In this document: one piece after another, positions 24,707-34,515 of the stretch | How positions within the stretch are numbered: the stretch's first letter is position 1 | Layout: every line of letters starts with the position of its first letter | Source of the DNA: Candidatus Nanohalobium sp. | Lineage (GTDB): Archaea; Nanohalarchaeota; Nanosalinia; Nanosalinales; Nanosalinaceae | Reading direction: 5' to 3' | NCBI GenBank assembly: GCA_042216335.1 | Contig: JBDGTY010000057.1 | Coordinates: 1 to 38,240 of the forward strand | DNA: 38,240 nt | Notes under the pieces: generated by a model | Seen by the model: only the letters and a program-made list of their open reading frames with translations | Told to the model about the DNA's origin: nothing | The model's database searches: none | Made by a program: the position numbers and the translations under genes

Positions 24707-26791
24707 GTGTTCAAGACAGACTTCATCAACGGCAGAACAATCTCATGGAGAAAGAAGGATGGAGAGGTCAGGGCTGAAAGGCATCCGGACTACTATCCCC
24801 GATTCTACCTTGAGGGTGATGTCTCGAAGCTGCAGAAAAGCCGGGCCTGGCTGACCGGGCAGAAAGGAGTGAAAGCTACCTGCTTCGAGAAATGGAGGCC
24901 CACGCTCTCAAAGCCGGAGAAAAAAGTGTTGAGGATAGACTGCACTTCGGACGACAGCCTTAAGAAAACGGCCGGCAGACTGAAGAAGAAGTTCGGGAGG
25001 TCGACATTCCGCTTCTACAACGTAGGTTTCTCCCCACAGTTCAGGTTCTGTCTCCAAAAAGAGGTATGTCCCGTGCCGAAAGAGGAACTGGAAAGAGTCA
25101 ACCTGGATTTACCCCGGAGACATCTAGCCGATGATTCCATCACGGAGATCAAGCTGGATGGAGAGAGGATAGGAGACACAGAAACAGAGGTGCTTGAAAA
25201 CCTGAAACAACACTGGAAGAAACACGATCCGGACCTCATCGTGGTGAACAGAGGACAGGCCCTAGAACTGTTGAGGGATAAATACGCAGAAAGGGGCTTC
25301 GAATTCTCGCTGGGAAGGATGAAAAGCTTCCAGAAACTGGCAGGAGAGAACACGGTTTCAAGCTACGGCCAGACCCAGCACAGCGCCGCGAGGTACAACA
25401 TACCGGGCAGGATAGTCATCGACAGATCCAACAGCTTCCTCCTGGGAGAAGCGACCATGGAAGGATTATGGGATCTTGTCAAGAGGAGTTACAGGCCTAT
25501 GCAGGAGCTTGCCTGGGGAAGCATAGGAAGACTGTTAACCAGCATCGAGGTTAAGAAAGCATACCTTGAGGAGAACACATTGACTCCGTGGAAGAACTGG
25601 AGCGGAGAGAAGCCGAAGAAAGCTTCAACCCTTCATAAGGCGGATAGGGGCGGTTTCATCTTCAATCCGGAGCCTGGAGTCCACAGAGACGTCTACGAGG
25701 CCGACTTCGCCTCCCTTTTCCCGAACATCATGATCAAGAAGAACATCTCGCCGGAAACAGTTTGCTGCAGCTGCTGTGACAATTCCAAGGTCCCGGAACT
25801 GGATTACAGCATCTGCCAGGAGCGGAGAGGATTCATTTCCAAGACATTGAAGCCGCTGGTCGAGGATAGACAGGAGATGAAGGAGAAAGTAGACGAACTC
25901 GATGGGGAAGAGCAGAAGAGGGTTCAGGGCAGCATCGACGCCATCAAATGGATCCTCGTCTCATGCTTCGGCTACATGGGTCACGCCCACGCAAGCTACG
26001 GCGCGATCAGGTGCCATCAGGCGATCCAGGCGTACGACAGAGAGATAATGGTGAGAGCGAAGGAGATGTTCGAGGAAGCGGGCTACTCGGTTGTCCACGG
26101 AATCATCGACAGTATCTGGGTGCAGGAAATGCAGAGAGCCGAAGACTTTGAGGAGGTCTGCAAGAAGATCACTGATGAGATAGGCATCGAACTGGAGCCT
26201 GAGTACAGGTTCGAGTGGTGTGCGTTCGTACCGAGGAGCAGCTCAGACGCCCGTATCTCCACTTTGAACCGTTACTTCGGAAAGAAAAAGAACGGAGAGT
26301 TCAAGACTGCCGGGATCGAAGTGGAGCAGCGTTCGACCTGCGAATTTGTGAAAAAGGCCCAGATGGACATGATCAGGGCGCTGGACGAAAATATGAGTCC
26401 AGGGAACGCGATCAAAGTTCTGGAAGAAAAGATAGAAGATATCAGATCAGGCAGCGTCGATCCATCAGAGCTTGTAAAGACCAGGAGAGTCTCCAAAAGT
26501 CTGGAGGATTACTCCGTGGAGAATCGCTCCGTTTCAGCCCTGAAGAGATCCCGTATACACGGCATAGAGCTCAAGCCCGGTCAGTCAGTGGATTTCGTCG
26601 TCAGGGATGATGACGCAGGACCTGTCGACAGGGTAAGGCTGGAATTCGAGGCAGAGGGATACGACCAGGACTTCTACAGGCAGGAACTGATCAGGGCAGC
26701 TGAATCAGTGCTCTCTCCGCTCGGCCTTGACAGGGATGATATAAGGAAGATGCTCTCTAGCATTAGAGAAACTAGGATTTCGAGTTACTGA
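24707..26791 (+). CDS. polB2: Family B DNA polymerase, PolB2 group
   Basis: DRGGFIF, motif A DFASLFPNIM, CCSCC, motif B AIKWILVSCFGY, motif C HGIIDS (for YGDTDS); eroded exonuclease domain. Confidence 0.92.
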   Translation: MFKTDFINGRTISWRKKDGEVRAERHPDYYPRFYLEGDVSKLQKSRAWLTGQKGVKATCFEKWRPTLSKPEKKVLRIDCTSDDSLKKTAGRLKKKFGRSTFRFYNVGFSPQFRFCLQKEVCPVPKEELERVNLDLPRRHLADDSITEIKLDGERIGDTETEVLENLKQHWKKHDPDLIVVNRGQALELLRDKYAERGFEFSLGRMKSFQKLAGENTVSSYGQTQHSAARYNIPGRIVIDRSNSFLLGEATMEGLWDLVKRSYRPMQELAWGSIGRLLTSIEVKKAYLEENTLTPWKNWSGEKPKKASTLHKADRGGFIFNPEPGVHRDVYEADFASLFPNIMIKKNISPETVCCSCCDNSKVPELDYSICQERRGFISKTLKPLVEDRQEMKEKVDELDGEEQKRVQGSIDAIKWILVSCFGYMGHAHASYGAIRCHQAIQAYDREIMVRAKEMFEEAGYSVVHGIIDSIWVQEMQRAEDFEEVCKKITDEIGIELEPEYRFEWCAFVPRSSSDARISTLNRYFGKKKNGEFKTAGIEVEQRSTCEFVKKAQMDMIRALDENMSPGNAIKVLEEKIEDIRSGSVDPSELVKTRRVSKSLEDYSVENRSVSALKRSRIHGIELKPGQSVDFVVRDDDAGPVDRVRLEFEAEGYDQDFYRQELIRAAESVLSPLGLDRDDIRKMLSSIRETRISSY

Positions 26792-26797
26792 TCTCTG

Positions 26798-27418
26798 TTA
26801 CTTTCGGCAGATTATCGCAGTGATGTATACTTCGTCTAGGTCTTTAACTGCTCCTATTCCTATGCTGTCGTATTCGTCGAATAGAAGTTCCTTATTGGTT
26901 TCTCCTTCGAGCCAGCTGGAGACTGTGGCTTCAGCCAGTTTTTCCTTGCTTCCTATGTATCCCTGGCCTTTGACTTCTTCCTGCCAGTATGTTTTCATAA
27001 GGGAGGCTGCCTCTCTGTTGCAGTAGACTCCGAATTCGTCAAGGGAGTTCAGCAGCGTTCCGCCGTTTTTTCTGGTCATGGAGACTGTGTTTTCCGACGA
27101 CATGTATCTGCTGTGATTCCTTGCCAGTTTTCCTGCATCGTGGTTAAGTTCAAGTCTCTTAGATCCTGTCAAATTTCTTCTACTGTTTATCTCCTTGAGT
27201 ATCAGTTCCTCTACCTCTGATCTGTTCCATCCGCTGACCAGGGAGTTTATTTCTGAGTTTTCAGGTGGGTTGTTGAGGTTCTGGAATTTTTCGGAAGTGT
27301 TCGGGATAGAGAGGCTACTGTATGGGTTGTAGTTTAGACGGGAGTCGTTTGAGACGTCCAGACCTATTATGGCTATGCTGAGGATGCAGAGCAGGACAAG
27401 GAAAGTTTTCACACTCAT
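26798..27418 (-). CDS. Membrane-anchored CAP/SCP-domain protein (degenerate)
   Basis: INSRR...ARNHSRYM...W...IGIG...YITAIIC; N-terminal TM helix. Confidence 0.8.
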   Translation of the reverse strand: MSVKTFLVLLCILSIAIIGLDVSNDSRLNYNPYSSLSIPNTSEKFQNLNNPPENSEINSLVSGWNRSEVEELILKEINSRRNLTGSKRLELNHDAGKLARNHSRYMSSENTVSMTRKNGGTLLNSLDEFGVYCNREAASLMKTYWQEEVKGQGYIGSKEKLAEATVSSWLEGETNKELLFDEYDSIGIGAVKDLDEVYITAIICRK

Positions 27419-27421
27419 ACT

Positions 27422-28801
27422 TTACCCGCAGAAGATCTGAGTTACGTAGATTTGCCCGCTTTCTGCCCGTGAAACACCTATTCCATGTGCCTCAAACTTC
27501 TCTCCAAGTATCCTGTTTCTGTCCCCTGTATCGTTCATCCAGGAACTGAAGATCGAAGATGCCAGTTCACTGGAGTTCGAGAAACCTGACTTTGTGATTT
27601 CTCCCTTCCACGTCTTTCTCGCAAGGTTTTCGCCTAGGTTCCCGCAGACGATACTGAAATCCTCAAGTCTTTCAGGCAGGCTCTCACCGCTCGGAGAACT
27701 GTGGTTCAGGTAGCCGATCCTCGCCATATCCTTGCTGTGCGAGTACGCAGCCTGATCAAGCGATTCAAGATTGTTAAGCTCTGAAAGATTCTCCGCTGAT
27801 CTCACATGCCTGACCTTTCCATCGATGCCTGCTGCCACTCTGGAAGAATTGAAAACCTGTGAAACCATTCGTACAGGCTGTTGATCAGTCGAGTTCGAGG
27901 TATTGACAGGCTGAGGTGTACCCTCTGGAGAACCACCTCCGTAAAATGAAACTGCCAGAACGCCTGCGATAACCAGTATCATTCCAGCAGCTGCATACTT
28001 CAGCAGACCGGAATTTCCAGAGCTTTCCTCTTCTTTGGAGTCTGTACTGCTCTCCTGAGAGATCTCATCGGATTCCTCGTTCTCTTCAGATTCGTCGTCA
28101 GGTTTTTCCGCACTCTCTGATTCTGAAAGCTTTTCCTTTTCTTCTTCATCCTCTGGTTCAGGTTCCTCTTCCTCTACTGTACCTACTGCCGATTGAAGCC
28201 CTTCTATGGCCTGTGATTTCAGACTTCTGTACATCCTGACTTTAGAATCCTTCCCTGCCTCGACTTCCTTTTCGATCACCTTGCCCGAGTAGACTGCCTC
28301 AAACCTGTACTTTCCTTCGACCAGCCTGAGATCCTCTTTGCCTTCTAACCGGGTGATATCCACCCAGTCTCCATCCAGCCTATAGTAAATCTTAACCGCG
28401 TTAGGCAGCGAGCCTCCTATATCCACGCTCAAGTCATAAGTTTCATGATCAAGTTCCAGGTCGAAATTCTCTGTGATAACCTGCTGCGATCCAACGGTTT
28501 CCTGAAACTCCTGCAAGATATCTTCTTCCTTCTCTATGGATAGATAGACAGCAGTAAGACGAAATGCCTCCTGCAACTCTTTCTCCACCTCCTCCGGTTC
28601 AACTTCACCATTAGGTAGCCCCTCGATAACTGACTCAAACCAGCGACCAGCAGGATTCGAAACAACAGAAGTACTTCTGTAATGCGTCTTCCCACCATGA
28701 TACGAGATCTTGAACTCCTTCTCCTTCTGACTATCGATCTCGGAGAGAAAACGCTTAACCTGGTTCAAACCACGAGTCTTAAGCCTGTGCGTACTGATCA
28801 T
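27422..28801 (-). CDS. Large protein: N-terminal domain, acidic linker, TM helix, CAP domain
   Basis: AAYSHSKDMA...NH...GENLA...SWM...RNRIL...GIGV...YVTQIFC; start uncertain (28801 ATG or 28834 TTG). Confidence 0.82.
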   Translation of the reverse strand: MISTHRLKTRGLNQVKRFLSEIDSQKEKEFKISYHGGKTHYRSTSVVSNPAGRWFESVIEGLPNGEVEPEEVEKELQEAFRLTAVYLSIEKEEDILQEFQETVGSQQVITENFDLELDHETYDLSVDIGGSLPNAVKIYYRLDGDWVDITRLEGKEDLRLVEGKYRFEAVYSGKVIEKEVEAGKDSKVRMYRSLKSQAIEGLQSAVGTVEEEEPEPEDEEEKEKLSESESAEKPDDESEENEESDEISQESSTDSKEEESSGNSGLLKYAAAGMILVIAGVLAVSFYGGGSPEGTPQPVNTSNSTDQQPVRMVSQVFNSSRVAAGIDGKVRHVRSAENLSELNNLESLDQAAYSHSKDMARIGYLNHSSPSGESLPERLEDFSIVCGNLGENLARKTWKGEITKSGFSNSSELASSIFSSWMNDTGDRNRILGEKFEAHGIGVSRAESGQIYVTQIFCG

Positions 28802-28885
28802 CCACTGAAAACGTTTTTCAGGAACAACAGTCAAAAAACCTGTCTTCCAAGTGAAATAAACAGCGGCTCAAAACAGGTGATATCA

Positions 28886-28981
28886 ATGAAGGAAAAATAC
28901 CGGAACACTGAGGAAGCAGGGAAGAAGAAGGCCAAAGAACTAATGGAAGAATACGACAAAGTAGTCGAAAAACTGATGTAG
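28886..28981 (+). CDS. Putative 31-aa small protein
   Basis: AGGTGA RBS 5 nt before ATG; MKEKYRNTEEAGKKKAKELMEEYDKVVEKLM. Confidence 0.35.
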   Translation: MKEKYRNTEEAGKKKAKELMEEYDKVVEKLM

Positions 28982-29006
28982 AAAAGTACTACACATTCTA
29001 GTATAT

Positions 29007-29996
29007 TCAGTTCACAAAGTTCTCTCCTTTCTCCAGGTTTTCTATCGTCTGGTCCTCTATCCTCTGAAGCGCCTCCCGTGAGTTGAAGGCGTTGTGCGGT
29101 GTGACTATGACGTCGTCTCTCTCCATCAGCATGTGGTCTTCCAGTATTTTCTTGGGGTCGCACTTGTCTTCCAGGTTTCCGAGCATCTCTATGTCCTCCT
29201 CCACTATGCATTCGTCTTCGAGTACGTCGAGCCCGGCACGTGAAACGTTCCCGTTTTCCAGTGCCTCTATCAGTGCTTCAGTGTCGATGAGTGCTCCTCT
29301 CGATGTGTTGATTATTACGGTGTCATCCATCTTCTGGAACTCGTCCTCCGAGATCATGTGGTGTGTTCCGTCTGTCAGTGGTGCGTGGAGCGTGACGATG
29401 TCGCTGATTTCCAGCAGGTCGTCCTTTGAGACGTACATGAACGGGCTGCGTGACTCGAGCTCCTTGTCGGGGTACGGGTCTGATGCCACGATGTTCATGT
29501 TGAAGCCGTCCGCGATACGGATGACTTCCTGGCCGATGCTGCCGGTGCCGATAACACCAAGAGTCTTTCCCTGAAGGTCGAAGCCTTTCAGTCCTCGGTG
29601 ATCGAAGCTGCCGTCCTCGACCTTGTCGATCGCCTCGTTGATCCGTCTGGAAATCGTCAGGATCAGGCCGAAAGTGTGCTCTGCTACCGTAGTCGCACCG
29701 TACTCAGGGACATTAGCGACCTTGATGCTCTGCTCGGACGCCTTCTCCAGATTGACGTGGTCGTATCCTGTTGAGCGGCACGCCACTACTTCAACATCGA
29801 TCTCTTCCAGTACCTGCGCGGTCACCTGTGACTGTACGAAGAGGGCGACTGCGTCGAACGAGTCGTCTACTTTTTCCGCTGTCTCCGGTGTGAGGCTTTC
29901 CTCGAAGAATTCGATTTGGAAGTCGTGTTCTTTCTCTTCCAGGTAGTCTCTTTCCCAGTTTTCTGTGTCGAACCATGCGACTTTTTCCATTTCCAT
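29007..29996 (-). CDS. D-2-hydroxyacid dehydrogenase (D-lactate dehydrogenase-like)
   Basis: RSTGYDHV, VAEH, GVIGTGSIG, INTSRG, LDVLE, TPHNAF. Confidence 0.92.
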   Translation of the reverse strand: MEMEKVAWFDTENWERDYLEEKEHDFQIEFFEESLTPETAEKVDDSFDAVALFVQSQVTAQVLEEIDVEVVACRSTGYDHVNLEKASEQSIKVANVPEYGATTVAEHTFGLILTISRRINEAIDKVEDGSFDHRGLKGFDLQGKTLGVIGTGSIGQEVIRIADGFNMNIVASDPYPDKELESRSPFMYVSKDDLLEISDIVTLHAPLTDGTHHMISEDEFQKMDDTVIINTSRGALIDTEALIEALENGNVSRAGLDVLEDECIVEEDIEMLGNLEDKCDPKKILEDHMLMERDDVIVTPHNAFNSREALQRIEDQTIENLEKGENFVN

Positions 29997-30083
29997 ATTC
30001 GGCGTAGTGGGTTGCTTGGATTTAAATTGTGGGTGGAGCACGGGATTATGTTTTAAAAGCATGATAGCCGGTTTTCTGTATAT

Positions 30084-30785
30084 ATGGTAGATCTTGACGG
30101 TACTGTGGACGAGGTCAAGCAGCAGATCAGAGATGCTGAAGACCCTGACTACAGTGAACTTTTAGAACAGGAGAAGGAAGGCAAAGACAGGAAGACGATC
30201 AAGGAGTTCCTCCAGAAGAGAATCGACGATTCTGAAGATGAAGTAGATGAAGTCGAAGAGATTCAGGAAGAGATGAGCGATGAACAGGAAGAAGTAGAAG
30301 AGGAACTTGTAGAAGAGATCGAGGAAGATACCCAAGGAAGACTACTCGCAGGTTTTACCGGTCCACAACTGCTCACAGGCGGAGCACTGCTCGGCCTCGT
30401 ATTAGGGCTTGTGGTCGGTGCAGTCGCACTGCCTATGAACCCGGGAATCTCCCCTGACCAGGCAGAGCAGAAGGTTTCGACCCTGCTGACTGCTGGCGGC
30501 CAGTTGACGGCTGACCAGATCAGCATCGACACCATGAAGCGGGGCGGCATGTACTACATGAACGTCACTGCACAGGTTCAGGGAGTCAACGGGACTACCC
30601 GAACGCAGAGCCAGGCCTACTACATGTCGACCAGCGGCCAGCTTATGTTCCCTGAACAGATAAGGACTCCGTTCGGCGCACAGAGAGTAGCTATCGACAT
30701 TGACCGGGCTATCGCACAGGCACAGCAGCCTGAACAACCTGCGAACCAGACACAGCAACAGCCTTCCGGAAACCAGACGCAGTAA
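30084..30785 (+). CDS. Single-pass membrane protein, hypothetical
   Basis: Acidic N-terminus with EKEGKDRKTI, one TM helix, Q-rich tail. Confidence 0.8.
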   Translation: MVDLDGTVDEVKQQIRDAEDPDYSELLEQEKEGKDRKTIKEFLQKRIDDSEDEVDEVEEIQEEMSDEQEEVEEELVEEIEEDTQGRLLAGFTGPQLLTGGALLGLVLGLVVGAVALPMNPGISPDQAEQKVSTLLTAGGQLTADQISIDTMKRGGMYYMNVTAQVQGVNGTTRTQSQAYYMSTSGQLMFPEQIRTPFGAQRVAIDIDRAIAQAQQPEQPANQTQQQPSGNQTQ

Positions 30786-30892
30786 AACGCTTGCTGCGAA
30801 ACTGCCTTCCCAGCATTTTTCCCTCTTTTTCTTCAGGGATTCCCGAAAGGTAACGGACCAGAATAAAAGAAACCGGCTCACAAGATTTTTCC

Positions 30893-31441
30893 ATGAAGTT
30901 CCTGATAATCGTCGGAACAGCACGGAAAGGAAGAAACACCATACATCCCGCCAGGAAAGCCCAGGAGGTCTTCGAGGAAAGAGGCCACGAAATAAGTTTC
31001 TTCGACCCTCAGGAAAAGGAGGTGCCGCCGCTCGGCAACAGGACCTACGTCGATAGCGAGGAACCGGTGCCGGAGGACATCCAGGAACTCTCCCGGGAAG
31101 TGAAGTCCGCGGACGGCGTCGTCATCGTCACACCGGAGTACAACCACTCGATTCCCGGCATCCTGAAAACCACCTTGGACTACATGTATCCCGAGTACGA
31201 TGAAAAACCCTTCAGCTTCATAACGGATTCGGCCGGCGGCTTCGGAGGAGTCCGCGGACTACAGCATCTCCACGATATCGTACTTGAGCTCGGAGGATTC
31301 ATCGGCCCAGATCTATCCGTTTCAAACGCGGGAGAAGTCTTCCCCGACGACGGAGAACTGATTGACGAAAGCTACGAGGAAAGGTTCGAGAACTTTGTGG
31401 ATGACTCGGTGGAGTTCGTTCAGAGGATGGAGAAGAGTTAA
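30893..31441 (+). CDS. NAD(P)H-dependent FMN reductase
   Basis: GTARKGRN, TPEYNHSIPGILK..LD, AGGFGG. Confidence 0.92.
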   Translation: MKFLIIVGTARKGRNTIHPARKAQEVFEERGHEISFFDPQEKEVPPLGNRTYVDSEEPVPEDIQELSREVKSADGVVIVTPEYNHSIPGILKTTLDYMYPEYDEKPFSFITDSAGGFGGVRGLQHLHDIVLELGGFIGPDLSVSNAGEVFPDDGELIDESYEERFENFVDDSVEFVQRMEKS

Positions 31442-31474
31442 ACCCTTTCAGTTCCCAATTATTTCTGTGATAAC

Positions 31475-32074
31475 ATGAGCCATGGACTTGTTGAACTACC
31501 GTACGACTACGACGCTTTAACCCCTTATATATCGAAGCAGGTGCTGGAGTGGCACCACGATACGCACCATCAGGGCTATGTCAACGGATGGAATTCTGCT
31601 GAGGAAAGACTTGAGGAGCAGAGAGAGTCCGGAGATTTCTCGAACACCGGAGCGATCCTAAGAGATTTCACCCACAACTTCTGCGGGAACATCCTGCATG
31701 AGGTTTTCTGGCACAACATGAGCCCTGACGGTGGTGGAAAGCCAGAAGGAGAACTGATGGAGAGGATCGAGGAGGAGTTCGGGAGCTATGAGAACTGGAA
31801 GAAAGAGTTCAAGGCCGCTGCCAAGTCAGCTTCGGGCTGGGCGCTTCTCGTCTATGTTCCTTACAGCAATGAGCTTCATAACGTGGTGGTCGACAAACAC
31901 GATGATGGAGCAGTGTGGGGAGCGCATCCGATTCTCGCTCTGGATGTCTGGGAACACTCGTACTACCATGACTACGGCCCGGACCGCGGAGAGTTCATCG
32001 ACAACTTCTTCCAGGTGCTGGACTGGGACGACGTCTCGGAGAGGTACCAGGACATACACCAGAGGTTTGAGTAA
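31475..32074 (+). CDS. sod: Fe/Mn superoxide dismutase
   Basis: LPYDYDAL.P, HHDTHHQGYV, DVWEHSYY. Confidence 0.97.
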   Translation: MSHGLVELPYDYDALTPYISKQVLEWHHDTHHQGYVNGWNSAEERLEEQRESGDFSNTGAILRDFTHNFCGNILHEVFWHNMSPDGGGKPEGELMERIEEEFGSYENWKKEFKAAAKSASGWALLVYVPYSNELHNVVVDKHDDGAVWGAHPILALDVWEHSYYHDYGPDRGEFIDNFFQVLDWDDVSERYQDIHQRFE

Positions 32075-32076
32075 AC

Positions 32077-32108
32077 ACTTTCCTCTCTTTCTCTTCTTTT
32101 CTTTCTTT
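32077..32108 (+). terminator. Pyrimidine/T-rich archaeal terminator-like tract after sod
   Basis: Uninterrupted C/T tract between convergent genes. Confidence 0.5.
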
Positions 32109-32454
32109 ACAGCAGCGGTGCTACGAGTGGAGCGATCACCAGTAGACCCAGGAAGTACAGTCCGCCCTGGATTATCCCAATCATGATCATGGTGACAAGT
32201 GCGCTCGTCCATCGGGCACCATAGATATCCTTGAAGCCGTAGAAATCCACAACCAGCAGCAAGATTGGCCAAGCACCTCCAGCTACCGGTAAGAAAGACC
32301 AGATAAAGGCGCTGAAACTTCCCAGTCCTGCGAGGGCGGCGGCCTTCCCTTTACTCGACTCGCTCAGTACAACCGTCGCACCACCCCAGATGAAAATCGT
32401 CCTGGTGGCGAAAAGCAGAACGTTAAAGGTCAGGAAATCAACTAACAGTGACAT
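32107..32454 (-). CDS. Small multi-pass membrane protein
   Basis: About four hydrophobic segments. Confidence 0.7.
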   Translation of the reverse strand: MSLLVDFLTFNVLLFATRTIFIWGGATVVLSESSKGKAAALAGLGSFSAFIWSFLPVAGGAWPILLLVVDFYGFKDIYGARWTSALVTMIMIGIIQGGLYFLGLLVIAPLVAPLL

Positions 32455-32474
32455 AAACTTCTTTGGACATTCCT

Positions 32475-33008
32475 CTAACTTAAATCTTCCCTCAGTTCCC
32501 CGATTAACTCCAGATAATCCGTGTAGTCCAGTTCGTCCCTCCTAGATAAAATTTCCTCGAATTTCCAGAACTCCAGTTTTTCCACTTCCTCCTCTTCAGG
32601 ACTCAATTCGCCCTCAACATCTTCAAAATCTACGTGAAATACTGCTACGATGACCCTTCTCTCATCCGGATGTCTTAATTGGACATGTCCTACAAAACTC
32701 GTCTCACCGGTGACTTCCAACCCGGTCTCCTCCTCAAGCTCCCTCTCCGCGGCCTCGATCGGCGCCTCGTCGATCTCCAGGTATCCGGCCGGTATGCTCC
32801 ACTTCCCGCTATGAGGATCGATTTTTCTCTTCTGGAATAGAAATTCATCTTCTTTCTGTACTATGAAACCTGCCGCGATATCCGGGTTCAGCCAGACGAT
32901 CTGGCCACAGTTTCTGCAGTAGAGTCTTCCTCTGCCGTCCCTATGCTCTGATAAGAGTTCTTCTCCGCAGTCGGGGCAGTGGTCGGGCGAGTATTCCGGG
33001 AAGTCCAT
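32475..33008 (-). CDS. NUDIX hydrolase with N-terminal zinc ribbon
   Basis: CPDCG...CRNCG; Nudix box GYLEIDEAPIEAAERELEEETG. Confidence 0.92.
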   Translation of the reverse strand: MDFPEYSPDHCPDCGEELLSEHRDGRGRLYCRNCGQIVWLNPDIAAGFIVQKEDEFLFQKRKIDPHSGKWSIPAGYLEIDEAPIEAAERELEEETGLEVTGETSFVGHVQLRHPDERRVIVAVFHVDFEDVEGELSPEEEEVEKLEFWKFEEILSRRDELDYTDYLELIGELREDLS

Positions 33009-33051
33009 GCACCGGTGTTTCAGGGTTATAGATTTAATCTTTACCTGAGAA

Positions 33052-33546
33052 ATGCTCAGTAAGTATAGCCCGCAATCCTAAATATCTTTGGACTGATGAA
33101 GCCGACCTGAGCCGTAATCAGGGGGTTTCGGAGGATTACGAAAGTGAGGGAGGAAAGAACCCGGAATCCAGGAAGGAATATGAAAACAAGTGGAAGGGTA
33201 CGGCAGGAAGCGGCGGCCGAAGCCTGGAAGAGCCTGAAGAGGATAGAGTCCTTGAGGAGTTCGTCTCACTGCTCGAGGAGATGCAGCCGCTGGATATGAA
33301 GAATCTACTAGAGCTCGACGAGGAACCAGGATACAGCGTCGTCAAAGTCTTCGAGCCGAACAGCGGATATATCTGGGGAAGATCGACGGAAATTCCTCCT
33401 ACGAGGTCAGAGGGATGGACCTCGGCGTCGCAGAACTGGAGTACGCCGTGATCGAACCAGGCAAAGGAAGAAGTGATTCACACCTGACACCGGCAGAGTT
33501 TAAACGGCCGGCCGACGAATTCATGGACGAGGAGTTACTGGGATGA
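33052..33546 (+). pseudogene. Frameshifted acidic hypothetical gene
   Basis: One frame reads ...EEPEEDRVLEEFVSLLEEMQPLD...KVFEP; after a shift near 33360 it reads QRIYLGKIDG...DEFMDEELLG*, whose TGA overlaps the next ATG (ATGA). Confidence 0.5.
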
Positions 33547-33926
33547 CAGACATGGAGTACAGCGCAGGAGCCTGCAACATAAACCGGGTGGAAAGCAGGA
33601 AAAGATTAGTGGTAGGAATCGCAGGATTCGTCAACTCCATAATTCTAATCGCTGTCCTCTTCTTTGTCCCGGAGCTGACTCCGCTCTACCCTGCCATATT
33701 CCTCCTCAACTTCACGGGCTTCATAGGCTACCTCCAGTACAGAAGGAACTTCTGCACTGGCCTCGCACTCAAGAAAAAGTTCCATGTAGGAGACGAGGAA
33801 CAGGAAGTCGAAGACCCGGAGAAGATCTCTAGGGACAGGAAACAGGCAGCACTGATGCTCTTCGAGTCCACGGTTCTCGCAGGTCTACTTACTGCAGCAG
33901 TCTACCTGGCGATAACCAACTTCTAA
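33543..33926 (+). CDS. Membrane protein, hypothetical
   Basis: Three TM segments; GACNI and FC motifs. Confidence 0.75.
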   Translation: MTDMEYSAGACNINRVESRKRLVVGIAGFVNSIILIAVLFFVPELTPLYPAIFLLNFTGFIGYLQYRRNFCTGLALKKKFHVGDEEQEVEDPEKISRDRKQAALMLFESTVLAGLLTAAVYLAITNF

Positions 33927-33951
33927 AATTCTATCTTTCTACTTAATACAT

Positions 33952-34515
33952 ATGAAAACTGTTATCGTGATAGGAGGCGGTGTCGCAGGGCTTCAGGCAG
34001 GAGTCTTCACCGCAAAAGCAGGAGAGGAAACACTTGTACTTGACACGGGCGAGAGCCTGGTGTTGAACACCTCAAATATCCAGAACCTGATTGGCCACGA
34101 CTCTATCGCTGGCAACGAACTACTGAAGAAAGGAAAGGACAAGCTGGACGACTTCGGAGGGGAATTCAAAGAGGAGGAAGTAGAAGAAGTCGAGGAAACG
34201 GATGAAGGATTCAGAGTCGTGACAGAAGAATCCGAGTACGAAACCGAGTACGTCGTGGCGGCTTCAGCCGGCGACCTCACCTACCTGGAAGGCCTGGTCG
34301 AGTTTGAGGAGGGTGTCGAAGGGCCTTACATGATGGACAGGCACGTCAAGACAGGTCAGCACAACCAGTCAACTGAGAATGAGAAGATATTTGCTGCCGG
34401 ACTGGCAAACACGTGGGAGTACCAGACCTCGGTGGCTATTGGAGACGGCGCCCAGGCAGCTGTCAATCTACTGACCCATCTGCGTGGTGAGCCTTTCGAG
34501 GATCACGACACCTGA
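33952..34515 (+). CDS. Short FAD-dependent oxidoreductase (thioredoxin-reductase-like, lacking NADPH domain)
   Basis: IGGGVAG, ASAG, IFAAG, AIGDGAQAA. Confidence 0.85.
   Translation: MKTVIVIGGGVAGLQAGVFTAKAGEETLVLDTGESLVLNTSNIQNLIGHDSIAGNELLKKGKDKLDDFGGEFKEEEVEEVEETDEGFRVVTEESEYETEYVVAASAGDLTYLEGLVEFEEGVEGPYMMDRHVKTGQHNQSTENEKIFAAGLANTWEYQTSVAIGDGAQAAVNLLTHLRGEPFEDHDT

Noticed and set aside
22265-26791. Integrated element at tRNA-Trp carrying cdc6 and polB2
   Set aside because: No integrase and no repeat of the tRNA 3' end seen in the window; codon style looks native
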